Positions 63,325 to 64,000 of a stretch of 64,000 bases of DNA are shown here, one piece after another. The stretch is from positions 30,899 through 94,898 of the forward strand of contig JAUXVE010000066.1 of the NCBI GenBank assembly GCA_030680415.1. Direction: 5' to 3'. The translations under genes were made by a program, and so were the position numbers. The first letter of the stretch is position 1. Every line of letters begins with the position of its first letter. The notes under the pieces are model-generated. The model was not told the DNA's origin and did not search any database. It worked only from the letters and a program-made list of their open reading frames with translations. The stretch comes from Rubrivivax sp. GTDB taxonomy: Bacteria > Pseudomonadota > Gammaproteobacteria > Burkholderiales > Burkholderiaceae_C.

Positions 63325-63525
63325 TCAGACCGTGGCGGCGGTCTCGAGCTGGCGCAGTTTGCCGTGGCGGAACGCGCCCCACAGCGCCGCGCCGATGGCG
63401 CCGGCATAGATCGAGTCGGGGTGCGAGACGGCCGTCACGGCGTTGAGGTGCAGGTCCTCGAACGGCGCTTCGCAGCGCGCCACGAGGCGCAGGACTTCGG
63501 GGCCATCCGGTGTGTCGGTGCTCAT
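63325..63525 (-). pseudogene. bcrC/bcrD: Chimeric bcrC'-'bcrD deletion scar (benzoyl-CoA reductase remnant)
   Basis: N-terminal VARCEAPFEDLHLNAV resembles BcrC start (IIARCEALYEDLDF); C-terminal HPDSIYAGAIGAALWGAFRH resembles BcrD end; directly upstream of fdx. Confidence 0.8.
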
Positions 63526-63526
63526 G

Positions 63527-63619
63527 TCAACGGTGCTCCCATGCGGGTGTGCGGCGTTCGATGAAGGCGGCCATCGCCCGCTCGGCGCCCACGGCCGGCG
63601 GCAGGTGTGTTGACTGCGG
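63527..63619 (-). pseudogene. Crotonase-family (Dch-like) C-terminal remnant
   Basis: HLPPAVGAERAMAAFIERRTPAWEHR*; the frame is closed upstream by TGA and the stop lies 1 bp before the bcrC' ATG. Confidence 0.5.
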
Positions 63620-63744
63620 TCATCAGCCAGCGATGGGCGACCGTGTTCATCGGCATCGTCTTCACTTTGCGGGTCGTTCGGCAGGCAGTGGAGCGGGCTG
63701 TGACCGGTTGCCGAAGCGCTTGACGGGGGTGCTCGCCACTATTG

Positions 63745-63760
63745 CGGTATTGTGGTACCG
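63745..63760. promoter_or_regulatory. Putative operator CGGTA-N6-TACCG in an AT-richer promoter region
   Basis: CGGTATTGTGGTACCG; 13/14 core identity with 9467-9480. Confidence 0.5.
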
Positions 63761-64000
63761 AATTACGTCTTATGGCAAGTTGTTCCCCGCCATGATGTGC
63801 TTCTACTTGGGTTGCACGTTGTGGTCAGGGTCGGCTGCTGTCTCACCAGCTGCCGGCCCTCCGTGTCGCTGATCCGCAGCGGCCTCGGTGGCCAGCATGC
63901 CGGGCCGGGCGCGGTGTTCGGTCAGGCAGGTATCGGCTCAACGCGCCGGATCCCCGCGAACCTCTCCGGCTGCTGTCGAGCCTCCCACAGGTCTCGCGCT

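Noticed and set aside
63792-63805. FNR box for the bcr remnant operon (ATGATGTGCTTCTA)
   Set aside because: Three mismatches to the consensus; too weak to call, though the position is plausible.

Overview
High-GC window, probably from a Burkholderiales betaproteobacterium (inferred from holB-pilZ-tatD-ankyrin synteny). It opens with about 7 kb of core genes and a probable chromosomal dif site (2929-2956). Most of the rest (about 9.4-64 kb) is an island of anaerobic, CoA-dependent aromatic catabolism. It contains: (i) 4-hydroxybenzoyl-CoA reductase hcrCAB, followed by an unusual Zn-ribbon/ferritin-like/aryl-CoA-ligase fusion; (ii) a syntenically complete iaa-type anaerobic indole-3-acetate (auxin) pathway with ABC transporter; (iii) a fused indolepyruvate:ferredoxin oxidoreductase-family gene, nnrS, and a stand-alone trpB2 preceded by an FNR-type box, together suggesting an indole/tryptophan funnel; (iv) a non-canonical phenol operon: ppsA-ppsB, a single ppcB-like UbiD, a Tm-1-like (UPF0261) ATP-binding protein, ppsC, ubiX and a metallophosphoesterase, driven by a sigma54 promoter and a XylR/DmpR activator; (v) the ferredoxin of the benzoyl-CoA pathway. 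The central benzoyl-CoA reductase operon appears deleted at this locus: a 66-codon ORF upstream of fdx joins a BcrC-like N-terminus to a BcrD-like C-terminus, and a hydratase (dch-like) remnant lies just upstream. fhs carries an in-frame stop and a tetR gene is frameshifted. Three REP-like intergenic elements each encode a mini-ORF that overlaps both the upstream stop and the downstream start. No CRISPR array, rRNA, tRNA, integrase or transposase was seen. Homology calls rest on motif recognition and remembered reference proteins; no database searches were run.
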